A DNA stretch of 63,236 nt, counting the filler, from Dimorphilus gyrociliatus (Eukaryota > Animalia > Annelida): NCBI GenBank assembly GCA_904063045.1. It is 4 parts of 4 records of this genome, joined end to end, with 100 filler letters (N's around TTAATTAATTAA, not from the genome) between each part and the next. Parts side by side here need not be neighbours in the genome. Positions count along the whole stretch, not along the records: positions 9,450 to 28,230 come from CAJFCJ010000222.1; positions 28,331 to 55,425 come from CAJFCJ010000246.1; 2 more parts are not named here. One strand, written 5' to 3'. Positions 21,270 through 33,600 of the stretch are shown one piece after another. Each line of letters starts with the position of its first letter. Position 1 is the first letter of the stretch. The position numbers and the translations under genes were made by a program. The notes beneath the pieces are model-generated. The model did not search any database and was not told the origin of the DNA. It saw only the letters and a program-made list of their open reading frames with translations.

Positions 21270-21781
21270 TCTCTTCGTAGTTTACACTACACTCTCCGCA
21301 CTCCGAGCTCCTCACCTTTCACCAAGGCCGTCCCGCTCACTACACCTATTACCTTCACTTTTACTGCATATTCGTCAATTTAGTATGACACTCGAAAGAG
21401 TTTTTGAAAAGTACTTTTTTCCTCCTCATTATAGGCGAATTTTTTAGTTACATCTGTCTGCGATTCACTACGAGTCATCCCAAATTTCCGAATCCGAGTT
21501 TTCGGGTATGAGGTCAGCACCACTACTGATCAGAACACTCTATATACGCACGATCTAAAAGCTGTCACAAAATTGACAGCATTTTTTGACACAATATGAC
21601 ACATATCGCGCACAAAATAATACACATATGTAGGTAGTGTATAGTAGATGTTGTGTCGGTTGTGTATTTACATTTGTGTAATATGAGGTGGTATACTTAG
21701 GTAGATACGTTTTAAAACATAAAAATTTTCAAGCAAGTAGGGGTTAGAATAATTTTAAAAAATCACAGAATATATCATGTA

Positions 21782-23263
21782 CAGTAGGGGAAAAAAAATG
21801 AAAAAAAAATAATTAATGAAAAGTCGTATTTTACGATGTAATTAAAGCAATGTTTATATTATGTTTTCATTTATATATGGATAAGCTATTCAAATTATTT
21901 TTCTCTTGGTTCTAGTATTGTTTTTTAATCAAAACATCATAAAAATATCAACGAATTGCTCCTGATGGGGAAAAAAAATGAAAAATTTTAAATTAATAAG
22001 AAATATGGTGTCCTTTATTTCTAATACATTCTATTATTCTTTTATTCATTGAAAGACATAGATTTTTGCACAAATCACTGCTTATATTATTCCAAAGCTC
22101 CATAATTTTTGACTTTAATTCATCGCCAGTAGAGAAGGATAAACCTCTTAATTTGTACTTGAGAATAGACCAAAGGTTTTCAATAGGATTCAAATCAGGA
22201 GACTGAGAGGGCCAATCTAACACATCAATATCGTTTGTCCTAAAATACTCCTTTGTCAGTCGACTTGTGTGTTTTGGATCATTATCCTGTTGAAATTTTA
22301 ACCTGTTTACACCTAGTTTTTCTTTTATAAAGGTAAATTAGTAGCTAGTATATGTACGTACTGTACTGCATCCATTATTCCATCAACAAAATGTAACCTT
22401 CCTACACCTTCATAGCTAAATGATCCCCAAACCATCAATTTCTTAAATCCAAATTTTTTAGTAAAGTTTAGAGGTGTCTTATCAGAGCTTTCTTTCCATA
22501 CTTTGAACCGACCAGAGTCATTATAGTAAGAAAATGATGTTTCATCGCTAAAAAAACATCATTCCAGTAATTTTGACCAAGAAACAACCACTTTTTGTTA
22601 CCTCCAATCTTCTCTTTATATGAATGGGTTTGAGAAAAGGTTTTTTTACTGGGATAACAGCTTTAAACCCATTTTTATTTAAAAAGTTTCTTATTGTTCT
22701 GGGATTCACAGCCAAACCTGTATTATTTTCTATATTTCTAGCTATTTTAGGACTAGAAATCAAACTATCATTTTTGATCAAAGACTTAATCATTGATAAA
22801 TGCTTTGATTTAAGAACTTTGGGCCTGCCAGAACCAAGTTTTCTATCAGTATTATTATGCTGTTGAAATTTAGTGACTATTCTACTGATAGTCGATACAC
22901 TAACACCTGTTTTTATCAAAATTTCTTTATAAGTAAACCCCTCATTTCTTAGTGTAAGAACCTGACCCTTGACTACAGAAGAATAGTGATGTTTCATAAG
23001 GTCATATATACGAAGTTTTTTCATATGATTATGGAGGGAAATTTGACTTTTTTTAAATTTTTCATTTTTTTTCCCATCAGGAGCAATTCGTTGATATTTT
23101 TATGATGTTTTGATTAAAAAACAATACTAGAACAAGGAGAAAAATTTATTTGAATAGCTTATCCATATATAAATGAAAACATAATATAAATATGCTTTAA
23201 TTACATCGTAAAATATGACTTTTCATTCAATTATTTTTTTTTCATTTTTTTTTTCCCCTACTG
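21782..23263 (-). mobile_element. Tc1-family DNA transposon (DD34E) with ~210-bp TIRs and TA TSD; frameshifted transposase
   Basis: TA|CAGTAGGGGAAAA ... TTTTCCCCTACTG|TA. The transposase has RKLGSGRPK, FSDETSF, FQQDNDPKHT and WPSQSPDLNPIENLW, with 34 residues between the second D and E. Confidence 0.93.
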
Positions 23264-23337
23264 TATGTAATTTTTTTGTTTAATTGTAAATTATTATCAA
23301 AATCATTAGAAAATTAATTTATGGAGTTCAAAAGTTT

Positions 23338-23830
23338 GTGATAGCTTTCGATTCGAATATTTATAGACCTTCTACAACCAATTTAGAAAAAACTGTTCTG
23401 GGAGCGCTAGCATATCACATGGAACAATCTTCTAAAGATATTGGTGGAGTTGATGAAAATAAAGAAAGTAAATTTGTTGAGATGGATGAAAGTCTCGTTT
23501 CTAAAAGAAAACATAATAGAGATAGACTACTAGAATAGAGGTGGTATATTGGTGATATAGAACGCGATAATAATTATATTTTTGTAGTATAATTTTATGA
23601 TAGAAGAAGCCGGATTATGAAAAATATAATATTACAAAATATTCTTTCAGGTATAAGAGTGATAACAGACAAATGAAGAGCATATAGTAGCCCCTATCCT
23701 AAAAAAGTAATTAATAGGATTATGATAGTATTAATCGTAATAGATAATTCGTAAGTCCAAAAGACCCTGTAGTCCATACCAAAAATATAAAACCTCTATG
23801 GAGTGTGACTAAAAGATATATAAGAAGGTA
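23338..23830 (+). mobile_element. Decayed Merlin/IS1595 (ISXO2-like) transposase
   Basis: FVEMDESLVSKRKHNRDR, VITDK*RAY, DPVVHTKNIKPLWSVTKR are the D, D and (E) motif positions of Merlin; multiple stops. Confidence 0.75.
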
Positions 23831-24283
23831 AACCAATCGTAAAGACCTGTAATTCTTTTATTTACTGCAACCTTTATATTTAAAAAGTTCGAAAGGTTTA
23901 AACGATTACGAAGTATTTATTGTATTTTCAGGTAGTGAATATGAGAATGATTTATTTAAGATAAGTTAATAAAACCAGTTTATAAATACTTTTGAAAAAT
24001 TTTAACCCTACGCTATTCTTTACGTGAACCATGTTATTTATTTATTATATATAGGTATATCTTTATATTCAATTTATTTTCATTATATCATTAATTAACT
24101 TTTTTTTACTTTTATTTAAAGATATATTTATATTATTATCTATAGATATATTTTATTTGTTTCTATTAATAAAATATTATAAAGTGATGTTAAAAAAAAT
24201 GTGCCACTAAAATTTAATTATCAGTATGTCTTCCTTTAACCTTATATATAGCCAACGTTTTTTTAAAAAAGCTTATTATATTT

Positions 24284-26125
24284 TGTTGTAGCATAAAGTG
24301 TCCGGGTTGCAAAAAGTGTCCGGCCTTAAATAGCATTTATTTATAAAAATAAAGTGATTTGTAAACTTTTTTATTTTTTTTTCAATTATAAATTTACTAA
24401 AAAGAGTAAGAGCTTCGTGACAAAAAGTGTCCTGGTAATTTAATAGAGGTCTCCTTTAATAAATTAATAGGAAAAAATGGATAAGTGTCAATGGCTGACA
24501 AAAAGTGTCCGGGGTATTTTTTTAGAGATTTTATCAACATTATAAGGTAAATTTAATAGATATTATGATTTTAATTAAAAATATAGTTTTTCTGAATTTT
24601 TTAGATAATTTTCTTCACACAGCGTATTGAAGTTTGTTTTGTCTCTTCAGAGTTTTGACTTTTAATAATGATTCTTTCACCATTTATTTCTTCAACTACA
24701 TAAATATCATCAAAATAAAGTGACTCAAGGGCCCTTCTTCTTATAGTTGGGCTATATGGCTTAACCAGTAACACTCTATCCCCTATTCTTATTTGCTGAG
24801 ATGATCTAATGGAAAATTCTCTGCGATATGTTTCTACATAGTTTAATAAACTTAATCTTGCTTCATCAGAGAAAGTTGTTGTATTCATATTATTCAACAG
24901 CTCGTTATCGAATCCTTTAAATAACAGAAATAGTTTGATTCCTGTGCTTCTATGAGCTGTATTATTGTAATAATATACAATCCTATCAATATGATTATGC
25001 CAATCAAATTGGTTAAAGCCAAAAGATTTTCTTATTCTCGATTTAATTGTACGATTAAAACGCTCAACTTGCCCTTGTGATTGGGGATGATATGGTCTGC
25101 CATGTGTAGAAATTACATTAAATCTGGTTAAAATACTCTCTACTCTATTGTTTCTGAATTCACCTCCATTATCACTATGAAAATTTCTCACGTTCCTTCT
25201 TTATAAAAATGTTGTTCTAGAATAGCAGAAAAGTCTCTGAGTTCTTATTATTAGCCGTGTAAACCCATCCAAATTTAGTAAAACTATTAATCATTGTGAA
25301 AACGTATTTCAATCCATTGTTATCTTGGGAATATATACTGAGGTCAATAGTATCAACTATCAACCTTTCCCTTGGGTATGATGGTATTATAGGTGTAATA
25401 GATTCAACAAAAGCTGGAGGCGTCTCCCTTAAACAATTTTCACATCTTTCTAAAAGACTATTAACATCATTTATGGTAATCCCCACATATCTTTGTCTTA
25501 CTCTATTAAACACAACTCTTCCCCGGGCATGATCAACGTTATGCTTCTCCATTATTATTTCTTTTCTTTTATTTATTTCTGATCTTAGAATTATGTCTTT
25601 CTCTATCCTATCATCAACCATCTTCAATAGTCCATTTCTTAACACTAGGTTTTTTACACTTTCTACGTAACACTCTCTTTTGGGAATCGTCAAAGGTCAT
25701 AGGATATGTTTTATTAGATAGATAAATAATTATATTATTTTTTTCTTCATCGTTCTCAATTAGTAAATTTGTAGACATGGGATACTTTATAAGTAAATTT
25801 TTATCTAAAAAATTAAGAAAAACTATATTTTTAATTAAAATCATAATATCTATTAAATTTACCTTATAATGTTGATAAAATCTCTAAAAAAATACCCCGG
25901 ACACTTTTTGTCAGCCATTGACACTTATCCATTTTTTCCTATTAATTTATTAAAGGAGACCTCTATTAAATTACCAGGACACTTTTTGTCACGAAGCTCT
26001 TACTCTTTTTAGTAAATTTATAATTGAAAAAAAAATAAAAAAGTTTACAAATCACTTTATTTTTATAAATAAATGCTATTTAAGGCCGGACACTTTTTGC
26101 AACCCGGACACTTTTTGTTGCAACA
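24284..26125 (-). mobile_element. Ginger2/TDD-like DNA transposon with gypsy-type integrase, ~320-bp TIRs, TGT...ACA ends and 5-bp TSD (TATTT)
   Basis: The left and right arms are near-perfect reverse complements with internal AAAAAGTGTCC(G)G repeats. Flanks are TATTT at 24279-24283 and 26126-26130. ORFs give HHCC (HNVDH...CENC), LIVDTIDL, HSDNGGEF and HPQSQGQVERFN (DD35E). No RT or RNaseH. Confidence 0.85.
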
Positions 26126-26229
26126 TATTTGATTGCAACATCTCCAGGGTAATGGAATTTCACATTTTAACTGTTTCTTCTATTAACCACGTTTTCTTAA
26201 GCTTCCTTTTTTTTCAAACAACGCTTTAT

Positions 26230-26945
26230 GTACGTACACTCATATATGCTCTATCGGATTTAAATCAGGACATTCCAGTGTCTTTAGTATTCTCTTCAGC
26301 TAACCACTGGCTTACAAGCTTAGATATATACTTTAAATCATTATCATGTGAAAATAAACTGATTAGCCCCATTCAGATACGAAGGAACGAGGATATTGAG
26401 CTAAAACTTCTATATGCTGATCAGGTCATCATGTCCTCTATATGATATTGTATCCTATACCATAACGTTTCTACCACCATATTTAACTGTGGGAACAATA
26501 TTCTCTGTACGACGTCTTCCACCTTTATAATACGTAACATATTTTGCTCCATTATTATTAAAAAGGTTAAATTTAACTTCATCTGAAAAGCAATAGTCTA
26601 TAAAGTTTCATTAGACATGCCTAAAAAGTTCTCTGATGACTCGATTCTTTTTCCTATATTTTTTGGTTTTAATAAAGGCTTTTTTATACTATATAAATTA
26701 TTAACACAATGCTTTTTAGTGTCATTGATACAATTGATCTTGATATTATGATATTTAACACATTACTTACCTCTTTTGTAACTTATAGTGATATTACAAA
26801 TAGATTTTCTTGATGCTTTCGTATAATAATGCCTAAAATATAATACACAATTCGGGAAATCTTCCAGAGTCATATTTTCGGTTATAGGAGACCCAGTTCG
26901 ATATAATTTTGCTTTTTTTGTACCGTATATCTCCCGATTTTTCAT
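26230..26945 (-). mobile_element. Heavily decayed Tc1 transposase
   Basis: FSDEVKFNLF...PTVKYGGRNVMV and HDNDLKY motifs across shifting frames. Confidence 0.65.
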
Positions 26946-27667
26946 TTAACAAATGAAATTGCATATCATTCTATTCCTTAAACATTCAGTTGTCAGGGAG
27001 TTTTCTATATTAATGAGATGTTTAGACATAGAGCAAGAAAAATTCTACTATATAAGTCAAAATGGAAGGAAATTTACAAAAGGTCCATTTTTCCGAATAC
27101 TAGTTATTTTCAATTTAAGTAAAACTAAACGAAAAAAAAATTAAAAAGAAACACTTATGTATATAAGTGCCTATTTATTATTAGATAACTCAACCATAAG
27201 ACTTCATTTTTAAAACAGTCTAACATGTCTTATATTTATAAAAAAGGGGACTATTTTTTTAAGAACACTACTGGTATACAATTCTATTAATATTTAATTT
27301 ATTCTATTTAAAAAAAATCTTTTTATAATTCGATGATATTAAAGGAAGTTTTTATTTCTTTTTTATAATTTTTCTATAAAATTTATTTTAAATAGAAGTT
27401 TTTATTTCTTTTTTATAATTTTTATAAAAATTATAATAAATTATAACTTTTTAAAGTTTTTTGAATTTTTAAATTTTTGTAATTTTTTTTTATTATTTAA
27501 AACAAGAAATAAACACAACCAATAAAACTTTAAACACATTTGTAATTTTAAAAAAGAACTTAACAAATGAAATTTTAAAGGTTCCAAACATATTTATAAT
27601 TTTATTTGTCAATGCATTGATAAATCACTTATGTTTATAAATAAATTAAAACCCATAACTCTTTATA

Positions 27668-28230
27668 ATGAAGTCTAAACAAGAAGAGAGTAGTGATACC
27701 AACAAGAATTATAGTTTATTTGAACAAAACAATATAATAGATTCTATTTCTTCAGAATGTTCAGAAAATTTGAAAAACAAAACTTTTTTTAAGAAAATAA
27801 AAAATAAAATTTTTAACAAAAAGAAAACGCATAAACAACAAGAATCTGTATTTTTAGGTGGTGTTGAAACATCAACTTTTTCAGATAATGGAAGTGCTTA
27901 TGATAATGATAGTTTATATGATGGTTGTTGTAGTGATTCTATTAAATCTAATAGTTCTGAAGAAACTGATGACTCTTTAATACATTTGAAAAATAGTAAT
28001 ATTTTTACTGAGAATTTTAATTTAAATACGGCAATGCAACTACCCACCGAAGAAGAGGTTTGGATTGGATTGACAGAATTTTGTAGAAGAAGATTTAGTG
28101 TTTATTTTATAAATGACAATACAAAGATAAAATTACTAAAATTGGCAAATTTTAAACTCAAAGAAGTAAAAATATCTCATGGTATTGAATTGTTTTTCTT
28201 TAAATTAAGAATATTTTTTATAGGAGAAAA
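27668..28230 (+). CDS. Hypothetical microsporidian protein (5' part, truncated by the spacer)
   Basis: Open frame of ~187 codons, Ser/Asp/Asn-rich N-terminus; CCC motif ~15 nt upstream of the ATG, as commonly seen at microsporidian starts. Confidence 0.55.
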
Positions 28231-28330
28231 NNNNNNNNNNNNNNNNNNNNNNNNNNNNNNNNNNNNNNNNNNNNTTAATTAATTAANNNNNNNNNNNNNN
28301 NNNNNNNNNNNNNNNNNNNNNNNNNNNNNN
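28231..28330. other. Artificial scaffold-joining spacer
   Basis: 44N-TTAATTAATTAA-44N. Confidence 0.97.
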
Positions 28331-29040
28331 TGCAATAATCTTCAGCATATGCCATACATTCTCTATGGGAGAGTGATCTGGCGAGTAGGCTGGCCATGGT
28401 AAGACTGTGCACTTTCCGTCTTAAAATATTTTAGCATAATTTTGGCCTTGTGGCAAGGGCATTGTCCTGTTGGAAAATGAAACCCTTCCTATATAGTTTT
28501 TTTTAGGAATGGCATGACCTCTTTTTTCAAAAGAGCCAGGTACCATGCCTTTGTGCCTTTTTATTTCAATTCTAGAAATTTGCACAAACCATCTGGTCCA
28601 ATACACCCCAGATTGTGACTCCTCCACTACCCATTGAATGTTGACATCTTAAGTTTTCTCTTTCTGGATTAGACTGCCAGGTTTGGAAGTTATCTGGCCC
28701 ATCCAAACTGAATCTACATTCATCAAGATGATTACATTGTCCAAATTTACCTTATTTTCAAACCACCCTCTACAAATTTCCACTCACTGAAGTTGATTCT
28801 TCTTCTTGAGAGGGGAATGTTTAGGAATTTTTTTAAATTTCCCTCCCATTTCTTTAAGGGCATTTTGAATTGTCATTTTTGAAACAGTAAGGTTGCACTT
28901 AGATGCCAGCTTTGTGCTTGTAACCTCTGTTTCTCTTTCTTCAGTGTGTTTATTTTCTCTTCATGAGGGTCCTATCTCTAATTGACAGAGATTTTGGTCT
29001 CCCAACACCTCCACTCTTTGTATAATTTGGTTTAATAATG
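28331..29040 (-). mobile_element. Decayed Tc1/Tc3-like transposase
   Basis: DECRFSLDGPDNF, MGSGGVTIWG, GFIFQQDNA, PWPAYSPDHSPIENVWHM. Confidence 0.8.
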
Positions 29041-29064
29041 CATTGTATGGAAGATTTCAGAATA

Positions 29065-30170
29065 TTAAAAATCTCCGAAATCTGCCCATAGGATAAACTT
29101 CTTGGTGCTTCTTTTAATTAAAGTCTTCTGCAATGGGACAGCAGATGTAATCATTCCCAATTTGTATTCATCCCAAACAGCAAATACTTGGTTCTGCATG
29201 TGGATGACACTTTTCTTCTGATACTTCTTTAGCCTTTTTTCTGACAGAAGTTTCTCTACAACTGGAATGAAACTTGATTCCTGTTTTAAAATATCTATGA
29301 GCATATAAAATGAGCCTTTTGCAGGAGTATTTTCATTTATTCTTCTGTGCCATCCTTCAACATTATTGTTGGTCCTGATGGCAAGATCAAATACAGACCA
29401 ACAATCTGGTGTCCAAATTGAATGCTTAATCCAAGTACTTTAATGTATTGGAAAAAATCCAAAATTCATTTCTCTCAAAGGCCTCATCTTTTAGCATGTA
29501 AAACTGTTTAGAATGGCCTCATCTGGAAGAAAAGGTAATGCCAAAACTTGTTTCAGCAGTCCTACCTTCTTCTTTTCCCTATTATATTGTTGTGTGTATC
29601 CCAAATTCTACAATAATTTAATAATAAGGCAAACCACTGAATTCAAATAGAAGCTTATGTACTTTGTTGTATTGCAATTGTAGGAATTTCTGGTTTGTCA
29701 CAACTGTAATTGTCCTTTCCAATCATTTACCAATCTGCCAAAGTACTGGTCCAAGTAGAACCTTTCTTGGAAGCAAATAGTAAAACTCTTTGATTTCTTA
29801 CAACAATATCACTTTGAAGAAAATCATCTTGTATAAATGTTGTATTAATTTCAAAATCAATTTTCTTTGGTTCTTTAGGCCTTGATTTTGGCCTATTGAT
29901 TAATATCAATAGGCTAATCTCCTCAGATTTTCCAGTTTTGGTAGGTTATTTTCATTTATATTTAAATTAGTTAATAGATCTTCAGCAATTGCCCTTCCGA
30001 TGTCTTGATGTTACAGATTGCTCTCAATTCTTTTTTAGCACAAATATTCACAATAAGGCTTTTCCTTTTGTTACTCTTTATGAAAATATTTTCTTTTTTT
30101 GTTGAATAATAACTGGACATTGAATATTATTATTTCTAACAGAACATCTCAGCAATAATATCTTATTGAT
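29065..30170 (-). mobile_element. Decayed MULE (Mutator-like) transposase with FLYWCH remnant
   Basis: LRCSVRNNNIQCP; RPKEPKKIDFEINTTFIQDDFL...VLLFAS; LALPFLP; RTNNNVEGWHRRIN; LLSEKRLKKYQKK. Confidence 0.8.
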
Positions 30171-30682
30171 CTGTAAAGTACACGGAGACATTTTCGAAAA
30201 ATGCTAAGGTGAAATAATATGCCTTTGAGGAAAAAAAGCTTTGTGAATGTGTAAATAATGGGATTGGCTGCCAATGTACCTGTCAGCAAATATTTCCCAC
30301 CCTGAAAACATTTTAGGAAAAGATTAGTTTGAATATTTCGATGAATTTATTGTTAGAAGGGCTCCAATTTAGGGTTAGGGAATACAAAAACACAGATATT
30401 ACACTCAACTTCTGATATATTAAGGTAAGCTTCAACCCTCCATGGGTTCGTTTGCACCGCCACCCGTAAATATATCTAGATATGCTGCATAACACATTAA
30501 AAGACATACGTTGATAAAATTCTATAGAATCACACTTACACTACAAATATTTGACTAAAATGGCCAAAAATGAAAGTTGGAAAACACAGAATTAAATATT
30601 CTTAGTTACTTTATTGACAATTCTTCGTTTATTCGTTCGCCTTTGAAGAGAGACAGTTTAAAAGTCTAATTCTTTAAAAAGA

Positions 30683-33600
30683 ATGGCAACTCATCCTCCA
30701 GAATCATCTTTGCCGGTAAATAAAATATTTACAGTATTTAAAACGTTTAATACACTATTTTTCCTATAATCTATTAAAATTTAAAGAAAAATGAATGCAA
30801 AATCTTTAAGAATTAAATATTTCATTTCTTTGACCAGATTGTATTATTAAACAAAATACCTTAAGTTAACTGCTCTTTGCAGGAGATGATTATTTTCGAT
30901 GGAGAAAATCACATTGAAACATACGAAGAGATTGCAAATTTTTCTTCAAGAGTTCAGACCGCAGATTCTTCATTGACAGAAAAGACTGCACATTCTTCAT
31001 CGACAGAAAAGACTGCACATTCTTCATCGACAGAAAAGACTCCAGATTCTTCTTCATCAAGAGATAAAACCGCAGATTCTTCTTCTTCAAAAAAAGAGAT
31101 TGCAGCATCACTTTCAACAATAATTTTATCAAAACTAAAAGAAAACTTTTCTATTGATAGATTTGATCTAACAATTGTCTGTCATCCTTCAAATGACACA
31201 TTTGATGAGCAAAAAGAAGAGATTGAAAACAAATTTATAGAGAATTTTATAGATATTCTTAAAGAAAAGAAGTATTAATAACATCGGATAGTCTTGAATA
31301 TCCTGCATTGAAATTACTATTAAAAAGTATTAAAAAATATAAGGAAAATGGAGGTGGTCCTGTTCCAATAGTTATATATAATCTAAAAGAAAACGATGAG
31401 GGAAATGTTAATTATTTATCGATTGTTGATGATTTGAAGAGAGAGATGGAAAATGATGTAATTCATTTGATTTTTGATGAAAATGATGATAATTTATTAA
31501 AAATACAAAACTGTTTAGCTAAGAGACAAGATGTAATATGGTTGAACAATAAGAATGACCTTAGTTTAGCTGAAAAATTGACAAGCAATACTGAATGGTT
31601 AAGAATAGCCGATGAAAAGAGAGACGACTTTCTCAAGATAATTATATTCAATATAATTAATAAAAAGAAAATATTTGTAAGAAAATCATATTTATCTGAT
31701 ATTGGAGTAAATTGTATGGTTAAAAACTTTACTAATTTCAACATGAAACCAAACTTTATAATACAACTACCATATTCAACTCTATCTGATGATAATATTC
31801 AACAAATTAAGCATCATCTAACAGAAAATGCATCATTATTTTTAACTGATGGAAAATCAAATAGATTATTGACAAAAGCTACAAATGACAACAAATCTAT
31901 ATGGTGTGGATTTGTAAAGGGTGAACATAATACAATCAAAAATAAAGATAGTGTAAGTCAAGAGACATTAAAGGGTGCCGGTTTGGACCTAAATCATCAA
32001 TATTTCTATTTTCTTGGAGAAGATGAGGATGAAATGGAAACTAAAGAAGCATTCATTAACATGTTCAGACACAACATGAAAAGGTTATTGATGTCTTAAT
32101 TAATTTTGAAGGCAATAGTAATGATGAGGTTATTCAAAGGTTAAAGTCTAAAAAAATATATTATTTCTCCAACTGAAATAAAAGATGAGAAGATGAATGA
32201 AGAGTGCAAGAAATATTTGAAAACATTCAAAAAAGAGGAAAATGGTTTAAAAGACTGTCTTCAAGAGATTTATGAAGAAAATTATCCATCCTTATTTATT
32301 GATGAACAGACAACGAAACTGTAAAAAATACTTTGAAAGAAAGGAAAGATATACTGAAAGGCAAACATTTATTTATAACATTTAACAATAATGACGAGCA
32401 CGATAACTTTGATAATCAGTTTATGAGAATCTTTGAAAAGAAATTTAATGTACTTGTAAAAGTATTCAAACCATTGATATTAATTGATGGATGTTCAAAA
32501 TTATTAGGACCCTGTAAAAAGGCGACACAAGAAAAGAAAATTAAATTATATAGTACAGAACCGTCATGTCTTGAACATAGCTCAAAGGAGGAGTGCCCTA
32601 ATCATAAAAAGTTTAAATCACTTAAAAAATCATTTCTCCCTAAAGCAATATTGCAGAAACAAATTATACAAGCGGAAGATAAAATTCCTGATTTCTATTT
32701 AATTTCAATATTAATAGTAATTGGCGGTGAAATATACAAAACTCTACAAGAAATATGCAACATACTAACAGTGAAAAATGATAGAATTGATAAAAAACCT
32801 AATGTATTTATCATTAGAAAATGTGGAAAAACATCATTATTTCTTTATAGATTTATTTCTATAATTAAATCTGAAAAGGCAGAAAGTGAAATTTCCGATT
32901 TATGGAAAAAGAAGATAAAAAATCTTACAATGACAAAAAAAGTAGATGAATGTTTTGAATTGTGTAAAACAATTTCTAAATACAAAGATCAAATTCATAT
33001 AGTTAATTTATATAAAGAAGATTTAAAAACTGCTATTGAAGATGCCTATTTCAACAAATTAAATGATGATGATCAATTTGAATTGGCAATCCGCTGGGGA
33101 ATTACTCATAGACAGTTTAAGGAAGATTTTGATCCTTACATTGAAAAAGAAAAATTTCAAAATTACCAAGAATTCTTTACAGATTCCTTAAAAAGTGACA
33201 ATAAACGTGTCGTTGAAATAGTTCATAGTATTTTTCCAGATGTAACAAAGACTTTCTACCCTGATGAACTTTTTACACTTTCACTTAACAACGTTAAAGG
33301 TTTTAAATTCATTCAGAATTTAGAGAAAAAGCCAATTGTTGTCTTAGAAAAGTTAAATGGTGAAGGGAAATCGATTAAAGACCATATTTGCTTGGTCGAT
33401 TATTGCCAACAAGACAAAAGTCTCAGAATACTTTTGGCTGAAGAGTAACAATCCTTTAAAATTGGCTATATTTGCTTTTGGAATTTTAAAACGGGCTAGG
33501 AAAGAGGCAATCAAGGAATATGATACTTTTTTAGCTACATCCTTGTTAGAGAGGAAACAAGTTTGGAAAGACAAAGCCCTTAGATATTTAAATGATGCTT

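Noticed and set aside
21440-21545. 5S rRNA upstream of the SSU
   Set aside because: Only a short CATACC..GAAAAC resemblance; the helix I ends and internal box motifs are missing.
21782-23263. Horizontal transfer of Tc1 between parasite and host scaffolds
   Set aside because: The Tc1 copies at 21782, 28331 and 61454 share only family motifs, with no visible nucleotide-level identity.
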